Part shown: piece after piece, positions 47,060-57,215 of the stretch
Layout: the number at the start of each line of letters is the position of its first letter
Position numbering within the stretch: the stretch's first letter is position 1
Source of the DNA: an uncultured Ignavibacteria bacterium
GTDB taxonomy: Bacteria > Zixibacteria > MSB-5A5 > DSPP01
Direction: 5' to 3'
Assembly: GCA_964607165.1 (NCBI GenBank)
Contig: CAZSIT010000006.1
Location: 11,870-75,869, forward strand
DNA: 64,000 nt
Program-made: the position numbers and the translations under genes
Notes under the pieces: generated by a model
Told to the model about the DNA's origin: nothing
What the model saw: only the letters and a program-made list of their open reading frames with translations
Databases searched by the model: none

Positions 47060-47705
47060 TACGAATTGGAATTCTGATTTTTTTCAAAAACGTCTCTAAT
47101 TTCTTATACCCTTCTCCCCGGCGTAAAATGACGGCTTCCGTCGCTCCGAACTCCACCACAGTCGAAACGCCCGATAAAGGTAGTAGGCCGGCGTCCAAAA
47201 TCAAGTCAACTTTAAGGGCAAATTCTCGTACGACTTTTCGACCGGAACGAAGGGGGCGTTGGCCGCTTCGATTGGCCGAAGTGGCTACCAAAGGGGAGCC
47301 GACTCTGCGCACGAGCGCAGTTAAAAGCGGAGAATCGGGCCAGCGCAACCCAACTTTACCCTTCGAAACGCAAGCCCTCGGCAACCGGCCGTGAGCCGAG
47401 AGCACGAAGGTATACGGCCCCGGCAAAATTCTTTTTAGCTTAAAAAAATATTTTGGCCTGTTTTTTGAATGCTGCAGTATCTCGCTCCAACTTGAAACAA
47501 AAATCGAAAACGGCTGGGCAATCTTCCGTCCTTTAATCTTTGCTATTCGTTTAATCGCAAGAGGAAAAGTTATCGAAGCAGCCAGTCCATACACCGTATC
47601 GCTCGGCAACACAGCCACCCCGCCGGTTTTCAAAACTCTATCAGCCTGCAATAAAACCGGAGAAGCAACTCGGTTTGATTTAATTTGGAGAACGACAGCC
47701 GGCAC
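47052..47705 (-). CDS. tsaC: L-threonylcarbamoyladenylate synthase (TsaC/YrdC family)
   Basis: LKTGGVAVLPSDTVYGLAA is the YrdC signature. 217 aa. Confidence 0.8.
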   Translation of the reverse strand: MPAVVLQIKSNRVASPVLLQADRVLKTGGVAVLPSDTVYGLAASITFPLAIKRIAKIKGRKIAQPFSIFVSSWSEILQHSKNRPKYFFKLKRILPGPYTFVLSAHGRLPRACVSKGKVGLRWPDSPLLTALVRRVGSPLVATSANRSGQRPLRSGRKVVREFALKVDLILDAGLLPLSGVSTVVEFGATEAVILRRGEGYKKLETFLKKIRIPIRNG

Positions 47706-47714
47706 AAAACCAGC

Positions 47715-48794
47715 TTAGAGGAATCTTTTTAAATTTGGGTCGGCGGCCAATTTTTCGGTGACTTCCTTCAAATCCGCCACCCGTGTTTTGTGCGCCACCA
47801 GAACTAAATCGTCCGCCTTCACCACCACCAAATCGGAAACGCCGAAGGTCACCACCAATCCTTCCCCCTCATTGACAACCGTGGTCTCGTACGAGGAAAA
47901 AAGCTTCCCCGGCCCTACACAGATGTTGTTTTGTCGGTCCGGCTTGCGAACCCGCTCCAAAGCCAAAAAACTCCCCACATCGTCCCACATAAAATTGGAT
48001 TGGATGGTTAATACGTTGGAGGCTTTCTCCAGAACCGCAAAATCAACCGAAATCGCTTCCGCTTCAGTGAAAAGTTTCAGCCGCGCTTCCCACTCGTTTG
48101 GCTTCCCAATAGATTCCGAATAAGTTTTCAAAAGCGAAAACATCGTCGATTGATGTTGCCCCAACGCCTTCAAAAAACCTTCTGCCGACCAGATAAATAT
48201 CCCCGAATTCCAAAGATGTTTTCTATCGAGATAATATTCGTGCGCCACGGTCCGGTTCGGCTTTTCCTTAAAGCGCGCCACTTTGAAAAGCTCCACGCCG
48301 TCAACGGAGGTCTCTTTCTCTCCCAGTTCAATGTAACCATAACCGGTTTCCGGCCTCGTTGGCACCACCCCAACCGTGATGAGGTAATCCCCCTGCTCGG
48401 CTGCAACCGCTGCCGCCCTTAAAGTCTGCGCCAGCCGTTCTTTCGGCTCGATGAAGTGGTCCGACGGCAAAACTACCATCATTGCCTGGGGATCTTTTTT
48501 GAGAAGATGAACAGCCGCCAGCCCAATGGCCAAACAGGTGTTTTTCCCCTCCGGCTCAAGCAAAAGATTTTTTTCCGAAAGTGCTTGAACCTTTTCCAAA
48601 ATCGGTTGCTTTAAAAGCTGACCGGCGACAATTAAGGTTTGCTCCGGCGGCAAAAATGCGGAAACCCGTTCGATGGTGTCTTCCAAAAGCGTTTTATCGG
48701 AAAGAACTTTTAAAAATTGTTTCGGACTTCCGGCGCGGGATAAAGGCCAAAAACGCTCCCCCTTCCCCCCGGCCATCACTACCGCATAGTTCAT
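47715..48794 (-). CDS. Mannose-1-phosphate guanylyltransferase (GDP-mannose pyrophosphorylase)
   Basis: MNYAVVMAGGKGERFWPLSRAGSPKQFL is the NTP-transferase N-terminus. 359 aa, no PMI domain. Confidence 0.8.
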   Translation of the reverse strand: MNYAVVMAGGKGERFWPLSRAGSPKQFLKVLSDKTLLEDTIERVSAFLPPEQTLIVAGQLLKQPILEKVQALSEKNLLLEPEGKNTCLAIGLAAVHLLKKDPQAMMVVLPSDHFIEPKERLAQTLRAAAVAAEQGDYLITVGVVPTRPETGYGYIELGEKETSVDGVELFKVARFKEKPNRTVAHEYYLDRKHLWNSGIFIWSAEGFLKALGQHQSTMFSLLKTYSESIGKPNEWEARLKLFTEAEAISVDFAVLEKASNVLTIQSNFMWDDVGSFLALERVRKPDRQNNICVGPGKLFSSYETTVVNEGEGLVVTFGVSDLVVVKADDLVLVAHKTRVADLKEVTEKLAADPNLKRFL

Positions 48795-48806
48795 TCGGAG
48801 GCCAAT

Positions 48807-49823
48807 CTAACCGGCGTTTTTATCGCTGTCAAGCTGGCCCGCTTCCGAGGCCGCTTTCAGTGAAAGATGCTCTTTTTTCAGATGGTACAGTCCGGCCAAA
48901 GTTATGGGGAAATACTGCAGGGCGTGGGTAACGATGGAAACCGCCAGCGCAGTTTCTTTGCTGACCTGGAAAAGCGACAGCGACAAAACGGTGAAGGCCT
49001 GAAAAGTTCCGATAAACCCCGGCGCTGCCGGCAGCATTATCCCCAGCGAAACCACCACCAGCCAGGTGAACCAGGCCAAAGGCGCCAGATGCAGACCAAA
49101 CGCCAAAAGCATAAAATAGCTGTTAAAAGCAGCAAGCGCCCAAACAAAGAGGGACAGAACGCTAAGATAGGCGACGCCCGCCGCGCTTCCCATCACCGAA
49201 AGCCCGGTAACAAACTTGCTGAAAACTTCCGCCCCTAAACCGGACATTTTCTTCGGGAAGAAGGCCAAAATCTTGGCCGCCGCTTTCTGACTTGCCGCCG
49301 GCCAGCGTTTCAAAGCCGCTAGAAAAAGCAAAAGCAAAAGGCTTATTCCCAGCGCCAAATAGCCGACGTTGTCCAACCATTCCACCTGCGCCAAAGCCGG
49401 CAGCGAAACCAAAACCCAGACTAAAAATATCAAGAGCGCAAACATATCGAAGACTCGCTCCAGGGCAATGGTCGCCATAGCCGCCGAGCGCGAAACTCCT
49501 CCTGTCGTGCCTATGGAATAAGGCCGCACAAATTCTCCCAACCGAAAGGGCAGAACGTTGTTGGCCATAAAACCGATCATTGTGGAAGCGTAAACTTTGG
49601 ACAGCGGCACCTTGCCGACCGGATCCAACATCACTTTCCAGCGCACCGCCCGCAGCCACATCCCCAGAAAAGTCAAAACCAAATTTGGGAATAAATACCA
49701 ATAATTCGCCCCCTTCATTGACAGCCAGACTTCGGCTAAATTCACCTTGCGGAAAGCCAGCCACAAAAAAAACGCCCCGATGAGAAAACCGATAAGGTAA
49801 CGTTTCTTCAGCCTCTTTTTCAC
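48807..49823 (-). CDS. Flippase-like membrane protein (lysylphosphatidylglycerol-synthase TM-region family, UPF0104)
   Basis: 8 TM helices. N-terminus LIGFLIGAFFLWLAFRKVNLAEVW is typical of this family. Confidence 0.55.
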   Translation of the reverse strand: MKKRLKKRYLIGFLIGAFFLWLAFRKVNLAEVWLSMKGANYWYLFPNLVLTFLGMWLRAVRWKVMLDPVGKVPLSKVYASTMIGFMANNVLPFRLGEFVRPYSIGTTGGVSRSAAMATIALERVFDMFALLIFLVWVLVSLPALAQVEWLDNVGYLALGISLLLLLFLAALKRWPAASQKAAAKILAFFPKKMSGLGAEVFSKFVTGLSVMGSAAGVAYLSVLSLFVWALAAFNSYFMLLAFGLHLAPLAWFTWLVVVSLGIMLPAAPGFIGTFQAFTVLSLSLFQVSKETALAVSIVTHALQYFPITLAGLYHLKKEHLSLKAASEAGQLDSDKNAG

Positions 49824-50938
49824 TTTTTCCCCGCCAGCTCTTCAATCAGCTTAATCATTTCTTCTGCCGAGCGGTCCCAGGAAAATCGTTGCGACCATTC
49901 CCAAGCCCCGACTTCCAGCTGCTGGCGTAAATTCGCATCGGACAAAACTTGCTTCAAAAGCCCCGCCAGCTGGTCAATTTCCCCATAACGATACAAAAGT
50001 CCGGATTTCCCTTGTGAAACCGAGTCTCTAAGCCCCGGAACGTCCGGGCAAATCACCGGCGTTCCACAGGCGTTCGCCTCGATATTGGTCAACCCCCACC
50101 CTTCCTTGAGCGAAGGGCAGACCACCACCCAGGCTTTCTGCAGCCAGGCCACTTTTTCATCCTTTGCAACAAAACCGGTGAAAGTTACCCGTGACTCGAT
50201 TCCCAGCTGCCGAGTAATATCCAAAAGCCGTGGCTTGTCATCCCCTTCACCGACTATTATAAGGCGCGCTTTCGGAAAATCGGCGGCAACTTGTGCAAAC
50301 GCTTTGAGCAAATGATCTACGCTTTTATATTTCTTTAGCCGTCCCAAATATACGACGAGTGGTTCTTTTTCTTTCACAACGTTAGGGGCTTTATTATAGA
50401 GTGAAAAATCCGTCCCGCAGTGCACAACTTTTATGTCATCCGGAAAAATCCCTCGCTCGATTAAATCTTTTTTTGTGCTTTCCGAAATCACACAGTACTT
50501 TTTCCCCTGATAAACCCGCCGAATCGGCTTTTCCGCCAGGTAAATGTATATCCCGACCAAAAAGTTAATTTCCTGAAATACCGCATCCGAAAAAAGATGC
50601 GGCACAATCACCAAAGTCGGCAATTTCTGAAAAAGGGGCGAATAAAATGGAATCTTGTTCACATCCTCCAGCACTACATCATAGCCGTTTTTCTTCAGTT
50701 CCTTTTTGAGCATAAAGGGAACAAACCAGTTGAAGGTAAAATCGTTTCCCTTTCTGACCATTCGGATGCCTTCTACAATCTCTTCGGAACTCCCGCCCGG
50801 AAAATTGGAAGTCAAAAGCGTGACCGAATGCCCCATTTTCACAAACCGCCGCAAATTTTCTTCCAGATGCACCTCCGCCCCTCCAGCCAAAGGATTTTTC
50901 AAATCCCGCCAGTTAATCGCCAGTATTTTCAAAGACAT
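49820..50938 (-). CDS. Glycosyltransferase family 4
   Basis: EGWGLTNIEANACGTPVICPDVPGLRDSV (E-x7-E motif). 4-nt overlap with the downstream flippase-like gene. Confidence 0.8.
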   Translation of the reverse strand: MSLKILAINWRDLKNPLAGGAEVHLEENLRRFVKMGHSVTLLTSNFPGGSSEEIVEGIRMVRKGNDFTFNWFVPFMLKKELKKNGYDVVLEDVNKIPFYSPLFQKLPTLVIVPHLFSDAVFQEINFLVGIYIYLAEKPIRRVYQGKKYCVISESTKKDLIERGIFPDDIKVVHCGTDFSLYNKAPNVVKEKEPLVVYLGRLKKYKSVDHLLKAFAQVAADFPKARLIIVGEGDDKPRLLDITRQLGIESRVTFTGFVAKDEKVAWLQKAWVVVCPSLKEGWGLTNIEANACGTPVICPDVPGLRDSVSQGKSGLLYRYGEIDQLAGLLKQVLSDANLRQQLEVGAWEWSQRFSWDRSAEEMIKLIEELAGKK

Positions 50939-51038
50939 GAGAAATTAGAAGGGGGTAACCCCGGAGCCCCCGCTCCGGGGTTTTCTGAAATAAAGCGAAG
51001 GACACCAAAAAATCGGGGCAGTGGGTTGAAGGCGACAC

Positions 51039-51075
51039 TCAATCGTCAATCTTCAATGATTCAATCGTCAATTCT
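51039..51075. repeat. CAATCGTCAAT direct-repeat motif, second copy
   Basis: ctcaatcgtcaatcttcaatgattcaatcgtcaattc, overlapping the proS stop codon. Confidence 0.8.
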
Positions 51076-52789
51076 AATCAATCCTCTCCCACAATTTTTT
51101 GAAATACTCCACCGCCTCACCAACCGGTGTGCTCGAACTTTCTTTGGTCTTGCGGACTTTGAACTCCAACTTCCCCTCCTTCAACCCCCGGTCGCCGATG
51201 ACGATTTGAATCGGAATGCCGATTAAATCGGCATCTTTGAACTTCACTCCCGCCCGGTCGTTCCGGTCGTCCAGAAGCGGCTCAATTCCGGCTGCGCTGA
51301 ATTCTTGATACAGCTTTTCCGCCACCTCCGCCTGCTTCGGGTCATCCATTTTGACCGGAATAATTTCAACCTGGAAAGGCGCCATCGTCTTCGGCCAGAT
51401 AATGCCGTCCGCATCGTGGAACTTTTCCACTGCCGCCTGTGCCGTGCGGGTAATCCCGATGCCGTAGCTGCCCATAATGAAAGGCTTCTCTTCCCCTTTT
51501 TCATCCAGAAACGTTGCTTTCAAAGAGGCCGAGTATTTGGTGCCCAGAGAAAAAGTGTTGCCCACTTCAATTCCGCGTGAAGCTGCGAGCTTCCCTTTTC
51601 CGCAAGCCGCACAGCTTTCCCCTTCAACAGCCACCTTGATGTCGGCTACCCGTGACGGTTTGAAGTCCCTCCCAGCATTTATGTTTTTGATATGGTAATC
51701 TCCTTCGTTGGCGCCGGAGACGAAGTTCGGAAGAGCGGCAACTTCGGTGTCGGCGATGATTTCCACGCCCGAAAGTCCCACCGGCCCGGCAAACCCCACC
51801 GGCGCTTTCGTAATCCGCCGAACATCCTCCGCCCCTGCCAGCTCCAGCTCATTACTGCCAACTAAATTTTTGAGCTTGACGAAACTAATTTCCCGATCGC
51901 CGCGAACCAGCGCCGCCACAAAGCCGTTATCCGTTTTGAAAATTAGTGTTTTGACGAACTTCTGCACTGGCAGCTTCAAAAAAGTGGCTACATCTTCCAC
52001 TGTCATCACGTTCGGTGTGTCCACTTTTTCAGCCGGCAGTTCCTTTTCCGTTGCCGGAGGGGTCTCATTGAAGCTGGCCCGGTCGGAATGCACGGCGTAG
52101 TCGCAGTTGGTGCAGGTGAAAATAACGCTCTCCCCTCCTTCGGTATCGACCAAAACAATAAACTCGTGCGCCGATTTGCCTCCCATCGCGCCGGTGTCGG
52201 ATTCGACTTTCACCGTCTCCAGCCCGCAGCGTTGAAAAGTGGCAAAGTAAGCATCAATCATCTTTTGATAGCTTTTCTTAAAGCTTTCCTCCGTGGCATC
52301 GAAACTGTAAGCGTCTTTCATTATAAATTCGCGCCCGCGCATTAAGCCGAAGCGGGGCCGTATTTCATCCCGAAACTTCACCTGAATCTGATACAGGTTA
52401 ATCGGCAGTTGGCGGTAGGAGCGCAACTCCCCTTTGACCAAGGAGGTGACAATTTCCTCGTGCGTCGGGCCCAAAACCAAATCTCTGCCGTGCCGGTCTT
52501 TCAGCCGTATCAGTTCCTTGCCGATCGTATTCCACCTTCCGCTCTCCTGCCAGATTTCTGCCGGGTGCAAAACCGGCATCGTAATTTCCACCGCCCCCTG
52601 CCGGTTCATCTCTTCCCGAACGATTTGGGAGATTTTCAAAAGCGTGCGTTGAAAAAGCGGCAGGTAGATGTAAACTCCGGACGAAAGCTTCCTTATCATC
52701 CCCGCCCGCAAGAGAAGCTGATGCGAAATCAGCTCCGCCTCGGTCGGCACCTCCCGCAATGTCGGTATAAAAGTCTCGCTCCAGCGCAT
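51074..52789 (-). CDS. proS: Prolyl-tRNA synthetase (bacterial type with editing domain)
   Basis: MRWSETFIPTLREVPTEAE...LLLRAGMIRK N-terminus, class II motifs, 571 aa. Confidence 0.9.
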   Translation of the reverse strand: MRWSETFIPTLREVPTEAELISHQLLLRAGMIRKLSSGVYIYLPLFQRTLLKISQIVREEMNRQGAVEITMPVLHPAEIWQESGRWNTIGKELIRLKDRHGRDLVLGPTHEEIVTSLVKGELRSYRQLPINLYQIQVKFRDEIRPRFGLMRGREFIMKDAYSFDATEESFKKSYQKMIDAYFATFQRCGLETVKVESDTGAMGGKSAHEFIVLVDTEGGESVIFTCTNCDYAVHSDRASFNETPPATEKELPAEKVDTPNVMTVEDVATFLKLPVQKFVKTLIFKTDNGFVAALVRGDREISFVKLKNLVGSNELELAGAEDVRRITKAPVGFAGPVGLSGVEIIADTEVAALPNFVSGANEGDYHIKNINAGRDFKPSRVADIKVAVEGESCAACGKGKLAASRGIEVGNTFSLGTKYSASLKATFLDEKGEEKPFIMGSYGIGITRTAQAAVEKFHDADGIIWPKTMAPFQVEIIPVKMDDPKQAEVAEKLYQEFSAAGIEPLLDDRNDRAGVKFKDADLIGIPIQIVIGDRGLKEGKLEFKVRKTKESSSTPVGEAVEYFKKLWERID

Positions 52790-52855
52790 AGATTCTTAAT
52801 TTAACATCCAAGTGAAAAGTTTCAACAATTTTATATGAGAGAGTTACCGGCCTTC

Positions 52856-55087
52856 CTAAGTCTCAAAATGTTTCCACTCCTCTTTGGCCCGTTCCAAAAT
52901 CTGCTGGCAGCGTTTTTCCCCACGCAACTTTTGAAGAAAGGGATCGTATTGGGCCAGCATGGGATAGTTGATGAGACCCAAGTTCACCGCATTTTCCAGC
53001 CACTCCAACGCCTTCTCTTTTTCGTCATTCGCGGCATAACCCGCCGCCAGATGCCACGACCACTGGCCATCGCGCTTGGCCGTGGTGCGCACCTCCTCGG
53101 TCACCTGCTCCAAAGCCAGCTGTTTTTCCCCTTTTAATCCATACAGCAACAAAAGAACTATCCGGTCGAAAAACGTGGGCGGCTCAATTCTTTGCAAAAC
53201 GTCAACGAACCGAACCGCTTCCTGGACGCGGCCGGAATAGGCTAGGGCCAAGCCAAACGCAAAGCGGTGAAGCGGGCTGGCCGGATCCGTCTGGTAGGCT
53301 TTTTCGAGCGGGGCGAAGGCCTCGTCAAAGTGACCGTCTTGAAAGTGTATCCATCCGTGCAGCAATTGGCCGACTACGTTCAGCGGGTCAATTCTCAAAA
53401 AGCGGTCGACAAAGTTTCTGGATTCTTCGATCTTGCCATAATTCGCATACGTGATGGCGAGCCAATACAGGCTTTCCGCGTCAAAGGGATCTTCGGCCAA
53501 AACCTGCTTGAGATGACGGTATCCGGACCGTTGATCCCCCCTAAAGGAGCTATCTATGACGCCGCGCAGGCGGTGGGCATGCACGGAATGGGGGTCAAGG
53601 GCCAACGCCTTCTTGGCCGACTCCTCGGCTTTGGCAATGTACTCCTCCTGCCGGTAGCCGGCGTTAACCAGTTGAAAATAGACGTACCCCTGCGAGGCGT
53701 ACAAAAGGGGGTTCTCCCCCACCTGCTCGAGCGCCCGGTTCAAAAGCTCGAGCGCCTGCTCCAGCTCCTCCTCTTTCCAACTGTGAATGGCATAGCGGGC
53801 GCGCAGGTAGCAGTCGTACGCCTGGACATTGGTGATGGGATGTTGCGCAAGCTTGGCTTTTTCTTCCGAGGTGAGCTTGAGTTTCAAGGCCTCGGCAATG
53901 GAGTGCGACACTTTTTCCTGAATTTCAAAGATGTCCTCCACCGTTCCACTGTATTTTTCCGCCCACAGGTGCGCGTCGCTGGCCGCGTCAATCAACTGCG
54001 CCGTGATGCGCAGCTGGCTGCCGGATTTTCGCACGCTCCCTTCCAATACGTAGCGCACGTTCAGCTCTTTGCCGATGGTTCTGACGGTCTTGCGGGTACC
54101 CTTAAGCGTCATGGCCGACGAACGGGAAATTACCCGCAAGGAGTGTATATTCGACAGATCGGCGATTACCTCTTCAGTCAGGCCGTCGCTGAAATATTCG
54201 TTGTCTTTATCCGGGCTGATGTTCTCAAAGGGGAGCACCACGATGGACTTCTCTCCCGGCGATGAGGGGGCCACCTCGGCAGAGACTCTAAACGCTTTCA
54301 AATCCGCCGCCAAATCGTCCGCCGACTGATACCGCATGGCGCGGTCTTTTTGCAAAGTTTTGTCAACCACTCTTTGCAGTTCCGCTGGGACATCGCTTTT
54401 GTAGCGTGCCAAAGGCTCCGGTTTTTCGAAACAAATAGAGTAGCTAATGGTGGCATTGTGCTCCCCCACAAAAGGCAATTTCCCGGTGATTAATTCATAC
54501 AGAACTATTCCTAAAGAAAACAGGTCGCTGCGTCGGTCTATTTCCTCCCCTTTTGTTTGCTCCGGAGACATGTAAGAGATGGTTCCAACAGCGGAGCCCG
54601 TTTCGGTTAGCTTGCCTGCTCCTTTCAACTTAGCCAGCCCAAAATCCATAATTTTCACGACATCATCTTTTGTTACCATTATGTTTTCCGATTTAATGTC
54701 GCGATGCACAATCCCTTTTTTATGGGCGGCGGCCAAGCCTTCGGTTATCTGAATGCCAATTTCTAAGACGCGATTTAACCTCAAATTCTCTTTGGCAAGC
54801 TCTTTCAAAGTCTTGCCTTCGACGTATTCCATCGCTATGAACGACTTGTCATCCACCTCGCCGATGTCATAAACGGTGGTTATATGTTGATGATTGATGG
54901 CCGAGGCGCCCTTGGCTTCTTGGATAAACCGGGCTTTGGCAGACGGGTCATCCAATAAATGCTCCGGTAAGAACTTGAGGGCAACGATGCGGTCTAAACG
55001 GGTATCCTGGGCTTTATAGACCACGCCCATCCCCCCTTCGCCTAATTTTTCCAAGATTTTGTAGTGAGAAACTGTTTTCCCTATCAT
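52856..55087 (-). CDS. Ser/Thr protein kinase with C-terminal TPR array (paralog of 23156..25414)
   Basis: GEGGMGVVYKA, HRDIKSENIMV, DFG, TPR repeats. Confidence 0.85.
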   Translation of the reverse strand: MIGKTVSHYKILEKLGEGGMGVVYKAQDTRLDRIVALKFLPEHLLDDPSAKARFIQEAKGASAINHQHITTVYDIGEVDDKSFIAMEYVEGKTLKELAKENLRLNRVLEIGIQITEGLAAAHKKGIVHRDIKSENIMVTKDDVVKIMDFGLAKLKGAGKLTETGSAVGTISYMSPEQTKGEEIDRRSDLFSLGIVLYELITGKLPFVGEHNATISYSICFEKPEPLARYKSDVPAELQRVVDKTLQKDRAMRYQSADDLAADLKAFRVSAEVAPSSPGEKSIVVLPFENISPDKDNEYFSDGLTEEVIADLSNIHSLRVISRSSAMTLKGTRKTVRTIGKELNVRYVLEGSVRKSGSQLRITAQLIDAASDAHLWAEKYSGTVEDIFEIQEKVSHSIAEALKLKLTSEEKAKLAQHPITNVQAYDCYLRARYAIHSWKEEELEQALELLNRALEQVGENPLLYASQGYVYFQLVNAGYRQEEYIAKAEESAKKALALDPHSVHAHRLRGVIDSSFRGDQRSGYRHLKQVLAEDPFDAESLYWLAITYANYGKIEESRNFVDRFLRIDPLNVVGQLLHGWIHFQDGHFDEAFAPLEKAYQTDPASPLHRFAFGLALAYSGRVQEAVRFVDVLQRIEPPTFFDRIVLLLLYGLKGEKQLALEQVTEEVRTTAKRDGQWSWHLAAGYAANDEKEKALEWLENAVNLGLINYPMLAQYDPFLQKLRGEKRCQQILERAKEEWKHFET

Positions 55088-55227
55088 GTCGTATGATTAT
55101 TATGCTTTCTTGTCACAGGAAAGTAAAGCCCCATTTGACCTCCCCAATCGATCACGATATTTTAGCTTGGTAGGAAAATGACATTAAACCTTTGCCGGAC
55201 ATAGTTGTCGAACAAAGTGAGAGGATT

Positions 55228-55809
55228 ATGACCGCTGGGGAAGACCGGGAACTGGTAGCCCGCTTCAAATCCGGCGACCAGAACGCCTTCAACCAGCTGG
55301 TCCGGCTCTACCAAAAGAAGGTGTATCTGGTTGCCTTCCGGATGGTCAGAGATGAAGAAGAGGCCAAAGACTTGATGCAGGAGGTGTTTGTAAAAATGTA
55401 CGGTGCGCTGAAAGATTTCCGGGGGGAAGCCAGCGTTTTCACCTGGGCCTACCGCGCCACGGTCAATTTAGCCATCAACCAGATTCGCCGCAAAAAAATC
55501 ATCTCCTGGGTGCCGCTGGTGGAAGCGGAAGAAAAACCGGCGGAGGAGAAAGAAGGTTTGAGCGAGCGCGAGACGGCGGAATTGAGAAAGGCCATAGCCG
55601 AAGCGGTAAAAAAACTCCCCCCCAAGCAACGGGCGATATTTATCTTGCGGCATTACGATGAACTGTCAAACGATGAGATTGCAAAGATTGTTGGAAAATC
55701 GGTGGGAGCGGTAAAGGCCAACTATTTTCAAGCCCTGCAGAAGATGAAAAAACATCTCGCCGGCTGGAAATCGATGGTGACTGGAAGTGTGGACTATGAA
55801 CTGCGATAG
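55228..55809 (+). CDS. ECF-family RNA polymerase sigma factor
   Basis: GAGAGGA RBS before the ATG at 55228. Sigma-70 region 2 (YLVAFRMVRDEEEAKDLMQEVFVK) and region 4 (LSNDEIAKIVGKSVGAVKANYFQAL). Confidence 0.8.
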   Translation: MTAGEDRELVARFKSGDQNAFNQLVRLYQKKVYLVAFRMVRDEEEAKDLMQEVFVKMYGALKDFRGEASVFTWAYRATVNLAINQIRRKKIISWVPLVEAEEKPAEEKEGLSERETAELRKAIAEAVKKLPPKQRAIFILRHYDELSNDEIAKIVGKSVGAVKANYFQALQKMKKHLAGWKSMVTGSVDYELR

Positions 55810-55937
55810 CACCAACCTGACCGGCGCAACTATATTAACCGGCGCAGACTTCAGTCTGCGAAAAACTTGGCGCACTCGCACTCTAAAGAGTGCGCCCGGA
55901 TTTAGTAGATGGATGCTAACAGAAAGCGCAAATTGTT

Positions 55938-56486
55938 ATGAGCTGCGATAGATTTGAAAAAGAATTGGAAAAACCGGGAAATTGGCAAACCCTCCAAGTC
56001 AATGATGTTTTCACTCGGCATCGGCAAGGGTGTCCGGTTTGCCAAAAGAAATTCGCCGAATACGCCCAGCTCTTCGAGGCGTTGAAAAGCGATGCCCCAG
56101 CGATGCCGGACGAATCTTACTGGGCCGCCTTCCCGGCTTTGGTTCGCGAAAGAATTGAAAGCCGGAAAGCTCACCACGTTTGGAAGCCCGTTCTGGCTTG
56201 GGGTTCTGGCCTGGCCGCTTTGCTCGTGATTGTTGGAGTTGTTTTCTTCCGCCCCGGACAAGAGCCGGACCTGTCCAATATGACTGCCAGCGAGGCGTTC
56301 AACTATCTAACTCCGGAAAACAACATAAACGGCACGGCAAATTTGTCTGAAAATGCGCTTACTTCTTTCTCCGCCCAGGCCGAAGAGGAACTGATTGGCA
56401 AATACGAAGTGGATGCATTAGTTTATACTTTAAGCGAAGAGGAGTTGCAAAAATTGGAAGAGAGGTTGAAAAGCTTTAAATTATGA
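55938..56486 (+). CDS. Anti-sigma factor (zinc-finger N-terminus, single TM)
   Basis: HRQGCPVCQKKF (H..C..C) and TM LAWGSGLAALLVIVGVVFF. Directly downstream of the ECF sigma gene. Confidence 0.6.
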   Translation: MSCDRFEKELEKPGNWQTLQVNDVFTRHRQGCPVCQKKFAEYAQLFEALKSDAPAMPDESYWAAFPALVRERIESRKAHHVWKPVLAWGSGLAALLVIVGVVFFRPGQEPDLSNMTASEAFNYLTPENNINGTANLSENALTSFSAQAEEELIGKYEVDALVYTLSEEELQKLEERLKSFKL

Positions 56487-56515
56487 AAATCCCTTTCGTA
56501 GCCGACACTTCTTTA

Positions 56516-56560
56516 CCCCGAGCGGCTTGTTCCGAACGAAGCCGAGGAAAGTCGAGGGGA
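56516..56560. repeat. CGAGCG-family interspersed repeat copy flanked by direct repeats tttcgtagccgRcactt
   Basis: ccccgagcggcttgttccgaacgaagccgaggaaagtcgagggga. Flanking repeats at 56497-56513 and 56595-56611. Confidence 0.7.
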
Positions 56561-56678
56561 GTGCCGGAATCCCGTTTGTCTTCCGTAGCCTTTCGTAGCC
56601 GGCACTTTAGTGCCGGAGTCGTTTCAAAAAGGCGTTGGAAACTTTTAAACTATGAACCATAAAAAACGAGGTGGGGCA

Positions 56679-57215
56679 ATGAAAAAATTGAGTATGATTT
56701 TTGGACTGGCGTTCCTTTTTCTTGTCGCCGGCGGGGCGGAAGAGAGCTTTGCCCAAAGAAAATTCGCCCAGCGCGGTATGCGCCAGCGCCCGTTTGGCAA
56801 TCCCGACCGCAAACAGCGCGCCGAGCGTTTCGATATGCTGATGAAAATGAAGCTGGTCGAAGTGCTGGATTTGTCTCCCGAACAGGGGGACAAATTTCTG
56901 CCTGCTTTCAACCAGTACCGCAGCCGCAACCAGCGTTTTTTGCGCGCCCGCGGCGAAATTATGCAAAGCCTGGCCCGCTACGTGCGCACGCAAATGGGTA
57001 ATCTGGAAACGGATGAAAATCCGGAAGAGCTAACCGAGCGCCAGTTGCAGGAACGGCTGGCCAAGCTGGCCGAAATCCGGCGCCAGCAGGAAGCCAACCG
57101 CGACGAGTTTTACAAACAGACCGGCGCTATACTTTCCATAAGACAGGCGGCCCGGCTGGTTGTCTTCGAAGAAATGTTCGCCCGTGAAATTTTGAGAAAC
57201 CTGCCTAACCCATAA
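56679..57215 (+). CDS. Periplasmic Spy/CpxP-like (LTxxQ-motif) protein
   Basis: GAGGTG RBS. Signal peptide MKKLSMIFGLAFLFLVAGGAEESFA. LSPEQGDKF and LTERQLQERL motifs. Confidence 0.6.
   Translation: MKKLSMIFGLAFLFLVAGGAEESFAQRKFAQRGMRQRPFGNPDRKQRAERFDMLMKMKLVEVLDLSPEQGDKFLPAFNQYRSRNQRFLRARGEIMQSLARYVRTQMGNLETDENPEELTERQLQERLAKLAEIRRQQEANRDEFYKQTGAILSIRQAARLVVFEEMFAREILRNLPNP

Noticed and set aside
53267-54265. 332-aa plus-strand ORF
   Set aside because: Antisense to the well-supported STK-TPR kinase gene 52856..55087. No domain signature. Same judgement for 59289..59981 (antisense to ppdK), 49162..49845 (antisense to the flippase-like/GT4 genes), 31675..32091 (antisense to lon) and 16548..16955 (antisense to GH57).
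56497-56611. Direct repeats tttcgtagccgRcactt flanking a repeat copy, interpreted as a target-site duplication
   Set aside because: 17 nt is unusually long for a TSD, and a third partial copy (ttccgtagcc) lies between them. They are more likely regulatory iterons or part of the repeat family itself, so I did not call a mobile element.
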